Origin: an uncultured Acidimicrobiales bacterium
GTDB taxonomy: Bacteria > Actinomycetota > Acidimicrobiia > Acidimicrobiales > Ilumatobacteraceae
Direction: 5' to 3'
DNA length: 64,000 nt
Assembly: GCA_963738325.1 (NCBI GenBank)
Contig: CAVTWD010000015.1
Span: 30,767 to 94,766, forward strand
Both the position numbers and the translations under genes were made by a program. Shown in pieces: positions 1 through 9,598 of the stretch (position 1 is the first letter of the stretch; every line of letters starts with the position of its first letter). Under the pieces are notes generated by a model, which did not search any database, was not told the origin of the DNA, and saw only the letters and a list, made by a program, of their open reading frames with translations.

Positions 1-442
1 GCCGCCGCACACGCCGCATACGGGGCGCTGCGTGCGCCCGGTTGGTCACCAGCGGTGTGCAGCGGCTCGCAATGCCGGCTGCAGATGACGCCGTCGTCGC
101 GAAATGGCCACGGGCCCCGTCGGCCGTCACCACACCCGAGCCGGGACAAGGTCGACGTGGGTGGTTCGACCCCAGGCCACGGCGTCGGCGACAGACGGCG
201 CGGACCTCGCCGGCGGTCGCCGACGTTCTCCCACCCGGACCAAGGCTCAGGTCGGTCGGATCGTCGCCGCTGGACCACCAAGCTCGGGAGCCGGTGACAT
301 CTTCGCTCGAGCCGTTTCGTGTCGCCGCGAGTCCTTCGATGCCGGCCTGTGCCGGCGAGTCCTGTGCACCTGGTGTGCACTTAGCGCGAGCGAGGGGTCC
401 GCTTCGGGACGCCTCTATCGGTCTTGACCTGGGCTGTCCCGG

Positions 443-515
443 TGGGCGATACGGGCCTCGATCCCATGACCTCCACGGTGTGAACGTGGCGCTCTTCCAA
501 CTGAGCTAATCGCCC
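443..515 (-). tRNA. tRNA-Val (anticodon CAC)
   Basis: The reverse complement reads GGGCGATTAGCTCAGTTGGAAGAGCGCCACGTTCACACCGTGGAGGTCATGGGATCGAGGCCCGTATCGCCCA. It has a 7-bp acceptor stem, D-arm, anticodon loop TTCACAC (anticodon CAC), T-arm and discriminator A. CCA is not encoded. Confidence 0.6.
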
Positions 516-578
516 TCGACAGCCGGTGAACCCTATCGGGGGCTGCGACGGAGCCGCCAGCACCGCGCCCAAACCGTT

Positions 579-1186
579 CTAACCGAGCCGGACGCACACG
601 GTCGACGACCCGGCCGGATCCTCGAGGCGAGTGAGCGTCGGTGGGCACGATGCGCCAACGGGTGGCAGCTCCACAACGACGCCATCATGGGTACTGTCGC
701 AGCCGATTTCTTTGACGAACCCGCTGGTGACCTGAACGCAAGAGCCCGGTTGGAGCACGCCGTCGATGCCCGTGCCTTTGCCTCCATGATTGTTCGCGGC
801 ATAGGCGGTGAAGACGAAGATCACGGCGAGGGCGACGAGTATCAGCAACCAGGGCAGGGGCAGCAGACCTCGGCGGGCATGGCCCGGCACCGGGACGCCC
901 ATGGCCGCCTCGTCATCGGGATCGGCCACGAAGAGTTCGTCTTCGTCGGACGACTGCCCCGCCTCCGCGCCGGACCGCCGCCTCGCCGCCGTGTCGGCTG
1001 ACCGGAGCGACGCGTCGTAGATGGCGCGGCGAGCTGGGTCGCGCAGCACGTACCACGCCGAGTTGAGGACGGCCATCGCGTCGAGATCCACCGAGCCCGT
1101 GTCGGGGTGCAAGCGACGGGCCAGCCGTCGATAGGCGGCGTGGATCTCCGCCTCCGACGCGCCCGCCGTGACGCCGAGGGTCTCAT
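579..1186 (-). CDS. DnaJ/J-domain membrane protein; start uncertain (frameshift near the 5' end)
   Basis: Contains the J-domain HYETLGV...EIHAAYRRLARRLHPD with the HPD motif, followed by one hydrophobic TM segment. A good SD+ATG (AGGAGccactATG at 1186) is one nucleotide out of frame with the J-domain frame, suggesting an indel right after the start codon. Confidence 0.5.
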
Positions 1187-1209
1187 AGTGGCTCCTGATG
1201 CCCGTGACG

Positions 1210-1788
1210 CTAATCCTGAAGGTCGTCGACCGTGCCGCCCGCGCGCCAGTATTCGCCGCCAGCCCGATCGAGGAAGCCCTCGTCGACGAGGTAGCGGCGC
1301 AGGGCGGCTGTGTCGGCATACCGGCGGCCGAGCACCAGGTTGACCATCGCCTCGCTGTAGCGATGCCCCGGCTCGAATTCCTGCGCCAGGAGGTCGAGCA
1401 CCACGAGCCGCTTCGAACGGGCGGCCGGGATGGCCGTGAGGCGGCCGTCGACGACGAAGGCCCGGAGCACCTTGGCCACCTCCGGAGGCCGATCGTCCTC
1501 GGCTCCCGGGTCGCGGCGCGAAGCGGCGGCCCGAGCGGCGGACTGGAACGCCGATGCCTGGATGACGAGCGCTCCCTCACCGTTCCGGACCACGAGCCCG
1601 GCGTCCACGAGACGGGCGAGGGCCTTACCCGACCTCGCCCCGTCGAGCCGCGCGTCGAGCGAGATCTGATTCGGTGTCGATGCCCCGAGCACCAACGCGG
1701 CGAACACTCGGCGCCGACCTTCGTCGGCCAGCAGCCCGGCGAGGGCGACAGCGTCGAGGCGCGGCTCGGGAGGCGCCGCGTCGGTCAA
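1210..1788 (-). CDS. DUF2087-like putative transcriptional regulator
   Basis: The C-terminal region (KVLRAFVVDGRLTAIPAARSKRLVVLDLLAQEFEPGHRYSEAMVNLVL) resembles DUF2087. A TTG start overlaps the stop of the upstream dehydrogenase (TTGA). Confidence 0.5.
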   Translation of the reverse strand: MTDAAPPEPRLDAVALAGLLADEGRRRVFAALVLGASTPNQISLDARLDGARSGKALARLVDAGLVVRNGEGALVIQASAFQSAARAAASRRDPGAEDDRPPEVAKVLRAFVVDGRLTAIPAARSKRLVVLDLLAQEFEPGHRYSEAMVNLVLGRRYADTAALRRYLVDEGFLDRAGGEYWRAGGTVDDLQD

Positions 1789-2711
1789 TAGCCGAGCTCG
1801 GGGTCGACCCGCCCGATGAGCTCCTCCCCCTGCCCGTACCGGCGCACATTGCTGGTGATGCGCTCGGCGAGGAGGGGGGCGGCCATCTCCGGCGTGTTGC
1901 CGACGTGCGGCGTGATGATGCAGTTCGGCAACGACCAAAGGGGATGGCCGTCGGGGAGGGGTTCGGGATCGGTGACGTCGAGGCCGGCGCCACCGATGGC
2001 GCCGTCCTTCAACACCTTCACGAGATCGTCGGTGACGATGTGGCGGCCACGGGCCACGTTGACGAGCCACGCGTGCGGCTCCATGAGCGCCAGTTCGCTG
2101 GCGCTCATGAGCCCCTCCGTGTCAGGAGTGAGGGCCAGAGCCAGGATGACGAGGTCGGCTCCGGGGAGCGCGTCGGGCAGCCGGTCGCTCCCGATGACGA
2201 CGTCGGCGCCTTCCATCTCCTGCACCCGGTTGCGCACGACCGTCACGTGAGCGCGGAAGGGCTGGAGCAGGCGCAGTAGCGACTCGGCGATGCCGCCCCC
2301 GCCGACGATGGTGACCCGGGCACCGAGCAGGTTCGTGCCCTGCGGTGGCTCCCACCGCTCGGCTCGGGTGTAGATGCCGAGCCCCCGCAAGCCGGCCAAC
2401 CCCAGCGCGAGGGCGAGCTCGGCGACCGGCTCGGCGTACACGCCCTTGCCACAGGTCCACAACCGCTCGTCGTCCACGAGGTGGGCGAAGGCCTCGACGC
2501 CCGCCCACGGCAGTTGAACCCACCGGACCTTCGGTGACGCCGCGAGCAGTTGCTCGAGTCCGGACACGTCGTGCGGGCTTCCCCACACCACGGCCTCGGC
2601 CTTGTCGACCCCCACGAGCTGCCCACCACCTTGGGTGACGGCCTCGGCCAGCCAGTCCGGAACCCCCTCGGGCGCCAGGGCGATGAGCGGGGCCTCGGGA
2701 CTTGGCGGCAT
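1785..2711 (-). CDS. D-isomer-specific 2-hydroxyacid dehydrogenase (NAD-binding)
   Basis: Carries the family signature NVARGxxVD...GLDVTxPEPLP...ITPHxG and is about 308 aa. Confidence 0.8.
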   Translation of the reverse strand: MPPSPEAPLIALAPEGVPDWLAEAVTQGGGQLVGVDKAEAVVWGSPHDVSGLEQLLAASPKVRWVQLPWAGVEAFAHLVDDERLWTCGKGVYAEPVAELALALGLAGLRGLGIYTRAERWEPPQGTNLLGARVTIVGGGGIAESLLRLLQPFRAHVTVVRNRVQEMEGADVVIGSDRLPDALPGADLVILALALTPDTEGLMSASELALMEPHAWLVNVARGRHIVTDDLVKVLKDGAIGGAGLDVTDPEPLPDGHPLWSLPNCIITPHVGNTPEMAAPLLAERITSNVRRYGQGEELIGRVDPELGY

Positions 2712-3051
2712 GCTGCGCCGACGTTAGCGAAATGACGGAGCCACGGAGATCCGGATCCGCGCGCCGGGCTAGCAGACCGCGCCCCCTCGAATCAGGCGGC
2801 GGCACACGTGCCTGCGAACTTCGCACGGAAAGCTGCCTGGGTCGGACGGCAGGGGTCGGATGGGAGGGATTCAGCCGATCTGCCGCTGACACGTGACGGG
2901 CACCGGGACCTGCCACCCGAACACCCCGATTTGGCGCAAGGGAATCCACGCCCAACCCGGCTGCGGGCAACGGGATCCCTTGCCTGAAGCGCCGGCGACG
3001 GCGAAGATGCGCAGGGCGGTGCCGACAACGGTTCGAAAGAAGGGAGCGCTG

Positions 3052-4482
3052 GTGACCACCACCTACCGGTCCAACTTCATCGGGGGAGCTTGGGTCGACA
3101 CGGTCGAGGGCCGCCAGGATGCGGTCGTCGCCCCCGCGACGGGCCAGCCGATCGCCGAGGTGGCCTCGTCCACGGCCGCCGACGTCGACGCCGCCGCGAC
3201 GGCTGCGGCCGCTGCGTATGACGAGTGGGCCTCCGCCTCCCCGGCCACGCGCTCGGCGGCTCTGCTCCGCTTCGCGGACGCCCTCGAATCCCACGGTGAC
3301 GAGCTCATCAAGCTCGAGAGCGAGAATGTCGGCAAGCCCATCACGTCGGTGCCGCCCGAGCTCGAGTTCCTCGTCGACAACCTGAGGTTCTTCGCCGCGG
3401 GTGCCCGGTGCATGACGACGCAAGCCCCCGGCGAGTACCTGAGCGGCTACACGTCCATCCTGCGTCGCGAGCCCCTCGGCGTCGCCGCGCTCATCGCGCC
3501 GTGGAACTACCCGATGATGATGGCGGGCTGGAAGGTGGGCCCGGCGCTGGCGGCCGGCAACACCGTCATCCTGAAGCCGTCAGAGCTCACGCCGCTCACC
3601 GCGCTGAAGATGGCCGAGATCGCCGCGGATGTGTTCCCGCCCGGGGTGTTCAACGTCGTGACCGGTGACGGCGAGCACTGCGGGGCGGCACTCGTGACCC
3701 ACCCGCTCGTGCGCATCGTGTCGCTCACCGGTGAGACCACCACCGGCAAGCTCATCATGAAGGCGGCCGCCGACTCGTTGAAGCGCGTCCACCTCGAGCT
3801 CGGCGGCAAGGCCCCTGTCATCGTCTTCGACGACGCCGACCTGGAGGCCACCGTGGCCGGCGTGCGCGCCTTCGGCTACTGGAACGCGGGACAGGACTGC
3901 ACGGCGGCCTGTCGCGTGATGGCCGGCCCCGGCATCCACGACGACCTCGTGGCCGGGTTGGCCGATGCCGCCAAGAGCCTCGTCATGGGCGACCCGGCCG
4001 ACGAGGCCACCGAGCTCGGGCCCGTGGTCTCGGCCGAGCAGCTCGACCGGGTGGCCGGCTTCGTGAGTCGAGCCGTCGCCGGCGGGGCGACGGCGGTGGC
4101 CGGTGGGTCGAAGCCCGAGAGCCCCGGCTTCTACTTCGAGCCGACGGTGATCGCGGGGGTCGGCCAGCAGGACGAGATCGTCCAACGGGAGGTGTTCGGC
4201 CCGGTTGTCACCGTGCAACGCTTCAGCGACGAGGCCGAAGCCATCGCCTGGGGCAACGGCGTCGACTACGGCCTCTCGGCCTCGGTGTGGACCAAGGACG
4301 TCGGGCGGGCCCTGCGCGTGTCCAACGCACTCCAGTTCGGCACGGTGTGGGTCAACGACCATGGGCCGCTCGTCTCCGAGATGCCACACGGCGGGTTCAA
4401 GCAGTCGGGCGTGGGCAAGGACATGTCCGTCTACGCCATCGAGGCGTACACCGAGCTCAAGCACGTGATGATCCGCACCTGA
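3052..4482 (+). CDS. NAD(P)-dependent aldehyde dehydrogenase
   Basis: Has the ELGGKAPVIVFDDAD motif and the catalytic Cys motif GQDCTAACR. GTG start after an AAGGGAG Shine-Dalgarno (SD). Confidence 0.85.
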   Translation: MTTTYRSNFIGGAWVDTVEGRQDAVVAPATGQPIAEVASSTAADVDAAATAAAAAYDEWASASPATRSAALLRFADALESHGDELIKLESENVGKPITSVPPELEFLVDNLRFFAAGARCMTTQAPGEYLSGYTSILRREPLGVAALIAPWNYPMMMAGWKVGPALAAGNTVILKPSELTPLTALKMAEIAADVFPPGVFNVVTGDGEHCGAALVTHPLVRIVSLTGETTTGKLIMKAAADSLKRVHLELGGKAPVIVFDDADLEATVAGVRAFGYWNAGQDCTAACRVMAGPGIHDDLVAGLADAAKSLVMGDPADEATELGPVVSAEQLDRVAGFVSRAVAGGATAVAGGSKPESPGFYFEPTVIAGVGQQDEIVQREVFGPVVTVQRFSDEAEAIAWGNGVDYGLSASVWTKDVGRALRVSNALQFGTVWVNDHGPLVSEMPHGGFKQSGVGKDMSVYAIEAYTELKHVMIRT

Positions 4483-4950
4483 TGGCCGTGACCAAACGGG
4501 CCGCGCCGGTTCTCGACGACACGGATCGGGCCATCATCGAACAGCTCCAGGGCGACGGCCGGCTCCCCTACACGCGCCTCGGCCACGCGGTGGGCCTCTC
4601 GGAAGCGGCCGTGCGCCAACGCGTGCAGCGCCTCATCGACGGGGGCGTGATGCAGGTGGTGGCCGTCACCGATCCCCTCTCGCTCGGCCTGCGACGCATG
4701 GCGATGATCGGCCTTCGCACCGAAGGCGACGTCGTCCGCGCTGGCGGACAAGGTCAGCGCGCTGGATGACGTCGACTACGTCGTCGTGACGGCAGGCTCC
4801 TTCGACATCCTCGTGGAGGTCGTCGTCGAGGACGACGCCGCGCTGCTCGAGCTGGTGGGACGGCTGCGCTCGGTCCCCGGGGTGCGCTCGACCGAGACGT
4901 TCATCTACCTCCGCCTCGTCAAGCAGACTTATGCATGGGGGGCTCACTGA
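4482..4950 (+). pseudogene. Lrp/AsnC-family regulator (AldR-like) with an internal +1 frameshift near 4730
   Basis: The N-terminal HTH part (MAVTKRAAPVLDDTDRAIIEQLQGDGRLPYTRLGHAVGLSEAAVRQRV) is in one frame. The C-terminal RAM domain (ALADKVSALDDVDYVVVTAGSFDILVEVVVEDD...) is in the +1 frame. Its start overlaps the ALDH stop (TGATG). Confidence 0.65.
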
Positions 4951-4967
4951 TGCATGAAGGGGGATCC

Positions 4968-6098
4968 GTGTTGACCGTCGGCGTGCCCGCGGAGATCAAG
5001 ACGGCCGAGGGTCGTGTCGCCCTCACCCCCGACGGAGTGCGCGAGCTCGACCGCCACGGTGTTCCCGTGTTCGTGCAAGCCGGCGCGGGGGCCGGCGCGT
5101 CGATCACAGATACCGAGTTCGCGGCCGCCGGCGCCACCATCGTTCCCACCGCGGCCGACGCCTGGAGCCAAGAGCTCGTCGTCAAGGTCAAGGAACCGCA
5201 GGCGAGCGAGTTCGGTTACCTGCGTGACGACCTCAACCTGTTCACCTACCTCCATCTGGCCGCATACCCGGAGGTGGCCAAGGCTCTGCTGTCGGCGCGC
5301 ACGACGGGGATCGCCTACGAGACGGTGCAGCTCGACTCGGGCGCGCTGCCCCTCCTCGCTCCGATGTCGGAGGTCGCAGGGCGCCTGGCGCCGCAAGCCG
5401 GCGCCTATTTCCTCGAGGCCCACAAGGGGGGGCGGGGCGTGCTGCTCGGGGGCGCTCCTGGCGTGCGCCCGGCTCGGGTGGTCGTGCTCGGTGCCGGCAA
5501 CGTCGGATGGAACGCGGCCTGGATCGCGGCAGGGATGGAAGCCGAGGTCCTCCTCCTCGACAAGAACCTCGACCGCTTGCGCTGGGTCGACCAGATCCAT
5601 CGCGGTCGGATCATGACGCTGGCCTCCAACCAGGGAGCGGTCGAGCGGGCCGTGGCCGAGGCCGATCTCGTCATCGGAGCCGTGCTGGTGGCCGGGAGCC
5701 GCGCTCCGGTCGTGGTGAGCGAACCGATGGTCGGCGCGATGAAGGCGGGCGCGGTGATCGTCGACGTCGCCGTCGACCAGGGTGGTTGCATCGAGACCAC
5801 GCGCGAGACCACGCACAAGGATCCGGTCTACGAGCGCCACGGGGTGCTGCACTACGCGGTGGGCAACATGCCGGGCGCAGTTCCCCACACCTCCACCTAC
5901 GCGCTCACGAACGCGACGCTGCCCTACATCCTCTCGGTCGCGCTGCGCGGTCCGGCCGGGGCGGCCGCGGAGGACCCCGCGCTCGGCCATGGGTTCAACA
6001 CGGTGGGAGGCGCGGTCACGAACGCGCCTGTGGCCGACTTCCTCGGGCTGCCCTACGTCGAGCCGGAGGCCGCGCTCAGCGACGTTCGCACCACCTGA
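4968..6098 (+). CDS. ald: alanine dehydrogenase
   Basis: Full-length match to the Ald family (VGVPAEIKTAEGRVALTPDGV...VVLGAGNVG...). GTG start after a GAAGGGGGA SD. Confidence 0.9.
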   Translation: MLTVGVPAEIKTAEGRVALTPDGVRELDRHGVPVFVQAGAGAGASITDTEFAAAGATIVPTAADAWSQELVVKVKEPQASEFGYLRDDLNLFTYLHLAAYPEVAKALLSARTTGIAYETVQLDSGALPLLAPMSEVAGRLAPQAGAYFLEAHKGGRGVLLGGAPGVRPARVVVLGAGNVGWNAAWIAAGMEAEVLLLDKNLDRLRWVDQIHRGRIMTLASNQGAVERAVAEADLVIGAVLVAGSRAPVVVSEPMVGAMKAGAVIVDVAVDQGGCIETTRETTHKDPVYERHGVLHYAVGNMPGAVPHTSTYALTNATLPYILSVALRGPAGAAAEDPALGHGFNTVGGAVTNAPVADFLGLPYVEPEAALSDVRTT

Positions 6099-7519
6099 CT
6101 GCGGGCGGCGCGGCGCCGGAGGATCCAGCACGTGGCTATGCCGGCGGCGACCAGCGCCAGCACGACGGGCGGGTAGAAGCCCACGTTCCGGGTGAGGCCA
6201 CCACCGTCGGGACGCGTCGTGGCCGCGGTGAGGATCGAACCCCACACCAGCAGGCTGGCCGCCGTTCCCGCCCAGGCCACGGCCAGCACCGGGAGCGCCC
6301 ACGCGAAGTACCACGCGTGCACCGACACCCCCAGGATGGCCAGTACGGCCAGCGCGCCGCCGAGGCCGACGAGCCCAAGACGCGGTGTGCGCGCCAGCAG
6401 TACCACGGCCAGCGCCACGCCCAGCGCCTGCAACCACGAGCGAACGGCGTCGAACGTGGTCGTGCGAGAGACCCCGAACGGCACCAGGAGCGGGCGGACG
6501 AGGAGGGCGATCACGGTGGAGAGCGACAAGAAGGTGGTGACGTCGGACCCGGCCGACAACCCGGACAGCCAGCCCCACGACTGACCCGCCGCGACCTGAA
6601 GCGCCTCCATCACGCCGAGGGCCACGAGGAGCAAGCCGGCGGTGCGGCCCACGCGCATGGCGAGCGACGCGGGCCGGCCGTTGTAGCGCCAGCCCACGTA
6701 GACGACGGCCGCGAGGGCGGGGAGCTTCACCGCGGCCCCGAGGGCTATCACGGCCGTCCCCCCCGCCGCGCCCCAGGGGTTCGGCCATCGCGCCGCCAAG
6801 GCGAGACCGGCCACCATCGCGCCGGCCATGAGCGCCTCGTTGTGCACGCCCCCGACGAGGTGGACGATCGTGATCGGTCCCGCCACGGCGAGGACGAGGG
6901 CATCGACGGCATTGGTCGCATGGGCCCGGGCGAGCACCACCACACCGAGGCCCATCAGCGCGACGCCTGCCACCATCCAGAGCCGCAGGCCGACCACGGT
7001 GCGGGTCACGTCGTGCGACGCGGCGGTGACGGCCGAGGCCGCCACTTCAGTCGACCCCGGCCCGTACGCGCTCACCACTCCCCGCCACACGGGATCGACG
7101 GCTACGAGGTAGGGCGAGCTTGCGCCGAGTGCGCTTGGCGCCACCCGGCCTGGATCCTCGCCTTGCACCGCGAGTGCGCCGTGGGCGGCATAACTGTAGG
7201 CATCGCGGCTGCCGAGGGGCGGGACGAGGAGAAGCGGTACGATCCACAGCGCCGTCACGGCGACGACGACTCCCGTCGTGAGGCGCCGACGCCGGGCGCG
7301 ACGATGCAGGTCGATCCACGCGACCGCCAGCGCCACGAATCCCACCACCCACGCGGCCCACGCCACGCCGCGGGGCACCGCCACGGGGGTCAACGACCAG
7401 CTGCCCGGGTGCCCACGAACCGGGAAGGCGCCGTCCCCAAGTGCAGCCAGCGCCACGAGCATGCTCCCGCCGAAGCCGACCAACGCGGGACGCGCGGCGG
7501 CAGATTCCGAGCGGGCCAT
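6053..7519 (-). CDS. polytopic membrane protein, GT87/DUF2029-like putative glycosyl(mannosyl)transferase
   Basis: About 488 aa with roughly 12 predicted TM helices, starting MARSESAAARPALVGF. The functional call rests on family resemblance only. Confidence 0.45.
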   Translation of the reverse strand: MARSESAAARPALVGFGGSMLVALAALGDGAFPVRGHPGSWSLTPVAVPRGVAWAAWVVGFVALAVAWIDLHRRARRRRLTTGVVVAVTALWIVPLLLVPPLGSRDAYSYAAHGALAVQGEDPGRVAPSALGASSPYLVAVDPVWRGVVSAYGPGSTEVAASAVTAASHDVTRTVVGLRLWMVAGVALMGLGVVVLARAHATNAVDALVLAVAGPITIVHLVGGVHNEALMAGAMVAGLALAARWPNPWGAAGGTAVIALGAAVKLPALAAVVYVGWRYNGRPASLAMRVGRTAGLLLVALGVMEALQVAAGQSWGWLSGLSAGSDVTTFLSLSTVIALLVRPLLVPFGVSRTTTFDAVRSWLQALGVALAVVLLARTPRLGLVGLGGALAVLAILGVSVHAWYFAWALPVLAVAWAGTAASLLVWGSILTAATTRPDGGGLTRNVGFYPPVVLALVAAGIATCWILRRRAARSQVVRTSLSAASGST

Positions 7520-7558
7520 GCCGGGATCGTAGGCTCGTCTTCCGCCACGACCATCGCG

Positions 7559-8872
7559 ATGACGCTCCACCGACGCAGTCCGGAACCGACCTTCGAGGAG
7601 AGCGAGGAAGCCCTCGCTGAGGGCGATGCCCTCTTCCCCCGGCGCCGGCCAGGGACGGTGCGCTCGGTCCTCGGCCACACCGCCTTCCGCCGCATGTGGG
7701 TTGGGTCGTTCGCGTCCAACGTCGGCACGTGGATGCAGACCGTCGTGCTCGGCGCCTATGCCTACGAGCTCACGGGGTCGAGCAGCTTCGTCGGTCTCGT
7801 GACCTTCGCCCAACTCGGGCCGCTCCTGCTGCTCGGGCTGTTCGGTGGAGTCATCGCCGACGTGTTCGATCGGCGCCGGCTGTTGATCGTGTTGCAGGCC
7901 GAGCAGCTCGTGTTCTCGCTCATCCTGGCGGCCGTCGTGGGTTTGAGCGACCATCCCTCGCAGCTCGCCTTGTTCGCGTGTGTCTTCGCGGTCGGGATCG
8001 GCAACGCGCTGAACCTGCCGGCGTGGAGCGCGGTGCTGCCCAACCTCGTGGGCAAGGAAGACCTGGCGGGAGCGATCTCGCTCAACTCGACGCAGGTGAA
8101 CATGAGCCGCGTTCTCGGCCCTGCCATCGCCGGTGTGGTCTACCCGATCGCCGGGCCGGCGTGGATCTTCGTGGTCAACGCCGCGACCTACCTCTTCGTG
8201 ATCGCCGCGCTCGTGTCGGTCCGCTTCCCCGACGTCGCCCGCGCCACCGGCAAGGTCTGGGAGAACGTCGTCGGCGGCTTCCGCATCTGCCGCGATGACC
8301 CTCTGGTGGGCCGGATCCTGATCACCCTGCCGATCTTCTCGTTCTTCTGCCTGCCGTTCCTCAGCTTGTTCCCCGCCATCGCCGCCACCGCGCTGGGGAT
8401 GGACACCAAGACCTTCGCCTACGGCGCGCTGTACGCGTGCTTCGGCGTGGGGGCGGCGGTCGGGGCGCTGTCGACTGGAACAGTGCTGGCCGCCGTCGAC
8501 AAGCGCCGGCTCACCCGCCTCGGCTTGATCGGCTTCGCCGTGAGCATCGGTGTCTTCGGGCTGCTGCGCCAACCCCTGCCCGCCTATCCCGCCGTGTTCG
8601 TGCTCGGCGCGTTCTACTTCGGGACGACGACGTCGATGATGACGGTGCTGCAGGAGGTGCTCGACGACGATGTGCGAGGGCGGGTGATGGCCCTCTGGTT
8701 CATGGGCTTCGGCGGGACCGTGCCGCTCGGTGGGCTCGCCTTCGGGCCGATCCTCGATGCCACCAACGCAAGCGTGATCCTGGGCGTCGCCGCCGTCGTC
8801 GCGCTGCTGCTGGCGTGGTGGTGTGACCTGCCCGCTCTCTCCACCAGCGTGGTACCCGGGCTCGCCACCTGA
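7559..8872 (+). CDS. MFS transporter (DHA/EntS-like)
   Basis: About 12 TM helices with MFS-like motifs. Divergent from the GT87-like gene. Confidence 0.8.
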   Translation: MTLHRRSPEPTFEESEEALAEGDALFPRRRPGTVRSVLGHTAFRRMWVGSFASNVGTWMQTVVLGAYAYELTGSSSFVGLVTFAQLGPLLLLGLFGGVIADVFDRRRLLIVLQAEQLVFSLILAAVVGLSDHPSQLALFACVFAVGIGNALNLPAWSAVLPNLVGKEDLAGAISLNSTQVNMSRVLGPAIAGVVYPIAGPAWIFVVNAATYLFVIAALVSVRFPDVARATGKVWENVVGGFRICRDDPLVGRILITLPIFSFFCLPFLSLFPAIAATALGMDTKTFAYGALYACFGVGAAVGALSTGTVLAAVDKRRLTRLGLIGFAVSIGVFGLLRQPLPAYPAVFVLGAFYFGTTTSMMTVLQEVLDDDVRGRVMALWFMGFGGTVPLGGLAFGPILDATNASVILGVAAVVALLLAWWCDLPALSTSVVPGLAT

Positions 8873-8938
8873 TGCTGCGCGCCTTCGCCCCTGGCGTGTT
8901 CGGCGACCAGCAAGGCGACGCCCCCGCGCGTCCTCGCG

Positions 8939-9598
8939 TTGCCCGGCTGGATGCGGCCCCGGCACGACTTCGCCACGGCACTCGCGGGGTTGGACGCCGT
9001 CCTCCTCGATCTCCCGGGCTTCGGCGGCGCCTCGCCGGTGCCCGCCGAACCCGCCGGAGCCGCTGGCTACGCCGAGCTGGTGGCCCCTGCCCTCGAGGCC
9101 TGCGCCCCCGACGTCGTCGTGATCGGCCACTCCTTCGGCGGCCGGGTGGCGGTCAACCTCGCGGCGACCCATCGCGTGGGCGCGCTGGTGCTCACGGGCA
9201 CTCCCCGCTTGGTGCGACCATCAGTGACATCGAAACCCGCCATGTCATTCCGTGTCGTCCGTTGGCTCCAGCGGCGAGGGCTCGTCAGCGACGAACGCAT
9301 GGAGGCCCTACGCCGCCAGCGCGGCTCGGAGGACTACCGGAACGCGAGCGGCGTCATGCGTGACGTGCTCGTGCGGGTGGTGAACGAGGACTACGAGGCG
9401 CTGCTGCCGCGCGTCCAGGTGCCCGTGGAGCTGGTCTGGGGCGACGACGACACCGCCGCTCCCCTGGCGCAGGCCGAGCGGGCCCAAGCTCTGTTCGGCG
9501 GGCCGGCCAAGGTCACCGTGGTACCCGGTGCCGGGCACCTCACCCCCCTCACGATCCCCGACGTGCTGCGGGCCGCGGTGGAGGCGCACCTGCAATGA
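8939..9598 (+). CDS. alpha/beta-fold hydrolase; the N-terminus may extend to ATG 8872 through a +1 frameshift
   Basis: Has the HGW-like LPGWMRPRHDF motif and the nucleophile elbow GHSFGG. An ATG at 8872 overlaps the MFS stop (TGATG) and joins the hydrolase frame if one G is skipped near 8925. The stop overlaps the next start (ATGA). Confidence 0.65.
   Translation: MPGWMRPRHDFATALAGLDAVLLDLPGFGGASPVPAEPAGAAGYAELVAPALEACAPDVVVIGHSFGGRVAVNLAATHRVGALVLTGTPRLVRPSVTSKPAMSFRVVRWLQRRGLVSDERMEALRRQRGSEDYRNASGVMRDVLVRVVNEDYEALLPRVQVPVELVWGDDDTAAPLAQAERAQALFGGPAKVTVVPGAGHLTPLTIPDVLRAAVEAHLQ

Noticed and set aside
150-185. A GGTTCGA T-loop-like motif (gtgggtggttcgacccca) that might belong to a second tRNA upstream of tRNA-Val.
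   Set aside because: No convincing acceptor stem, D-arm or anticodon arm could be built around it on either strand.
1-442. A possible integrase or genomic island downstream of the tRNA-Val 3' end.
   Set aside because: No ORF with recognisable similarity was found in either orientation in the first 440 nt. The window edge prevents further assessment.
5507-8872. A 1121-aa plus-strand ORF and the overlapping 1039-aa minus-strand ORF (6053..9172). Other very long ORFs look similar, for example 4944..6788, 19684..21576, 14625..15806, 2122..3423, 31205..33277 and 58490..61792.
   Set aside because: They are Arg/Gly/Pro-rich low-complexity translations antisense to, or out of frame with, genes that have clear homology. 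In about 70% GC DNA such shadow ORFs are expected. Only the segments with recognisable domains were kept.
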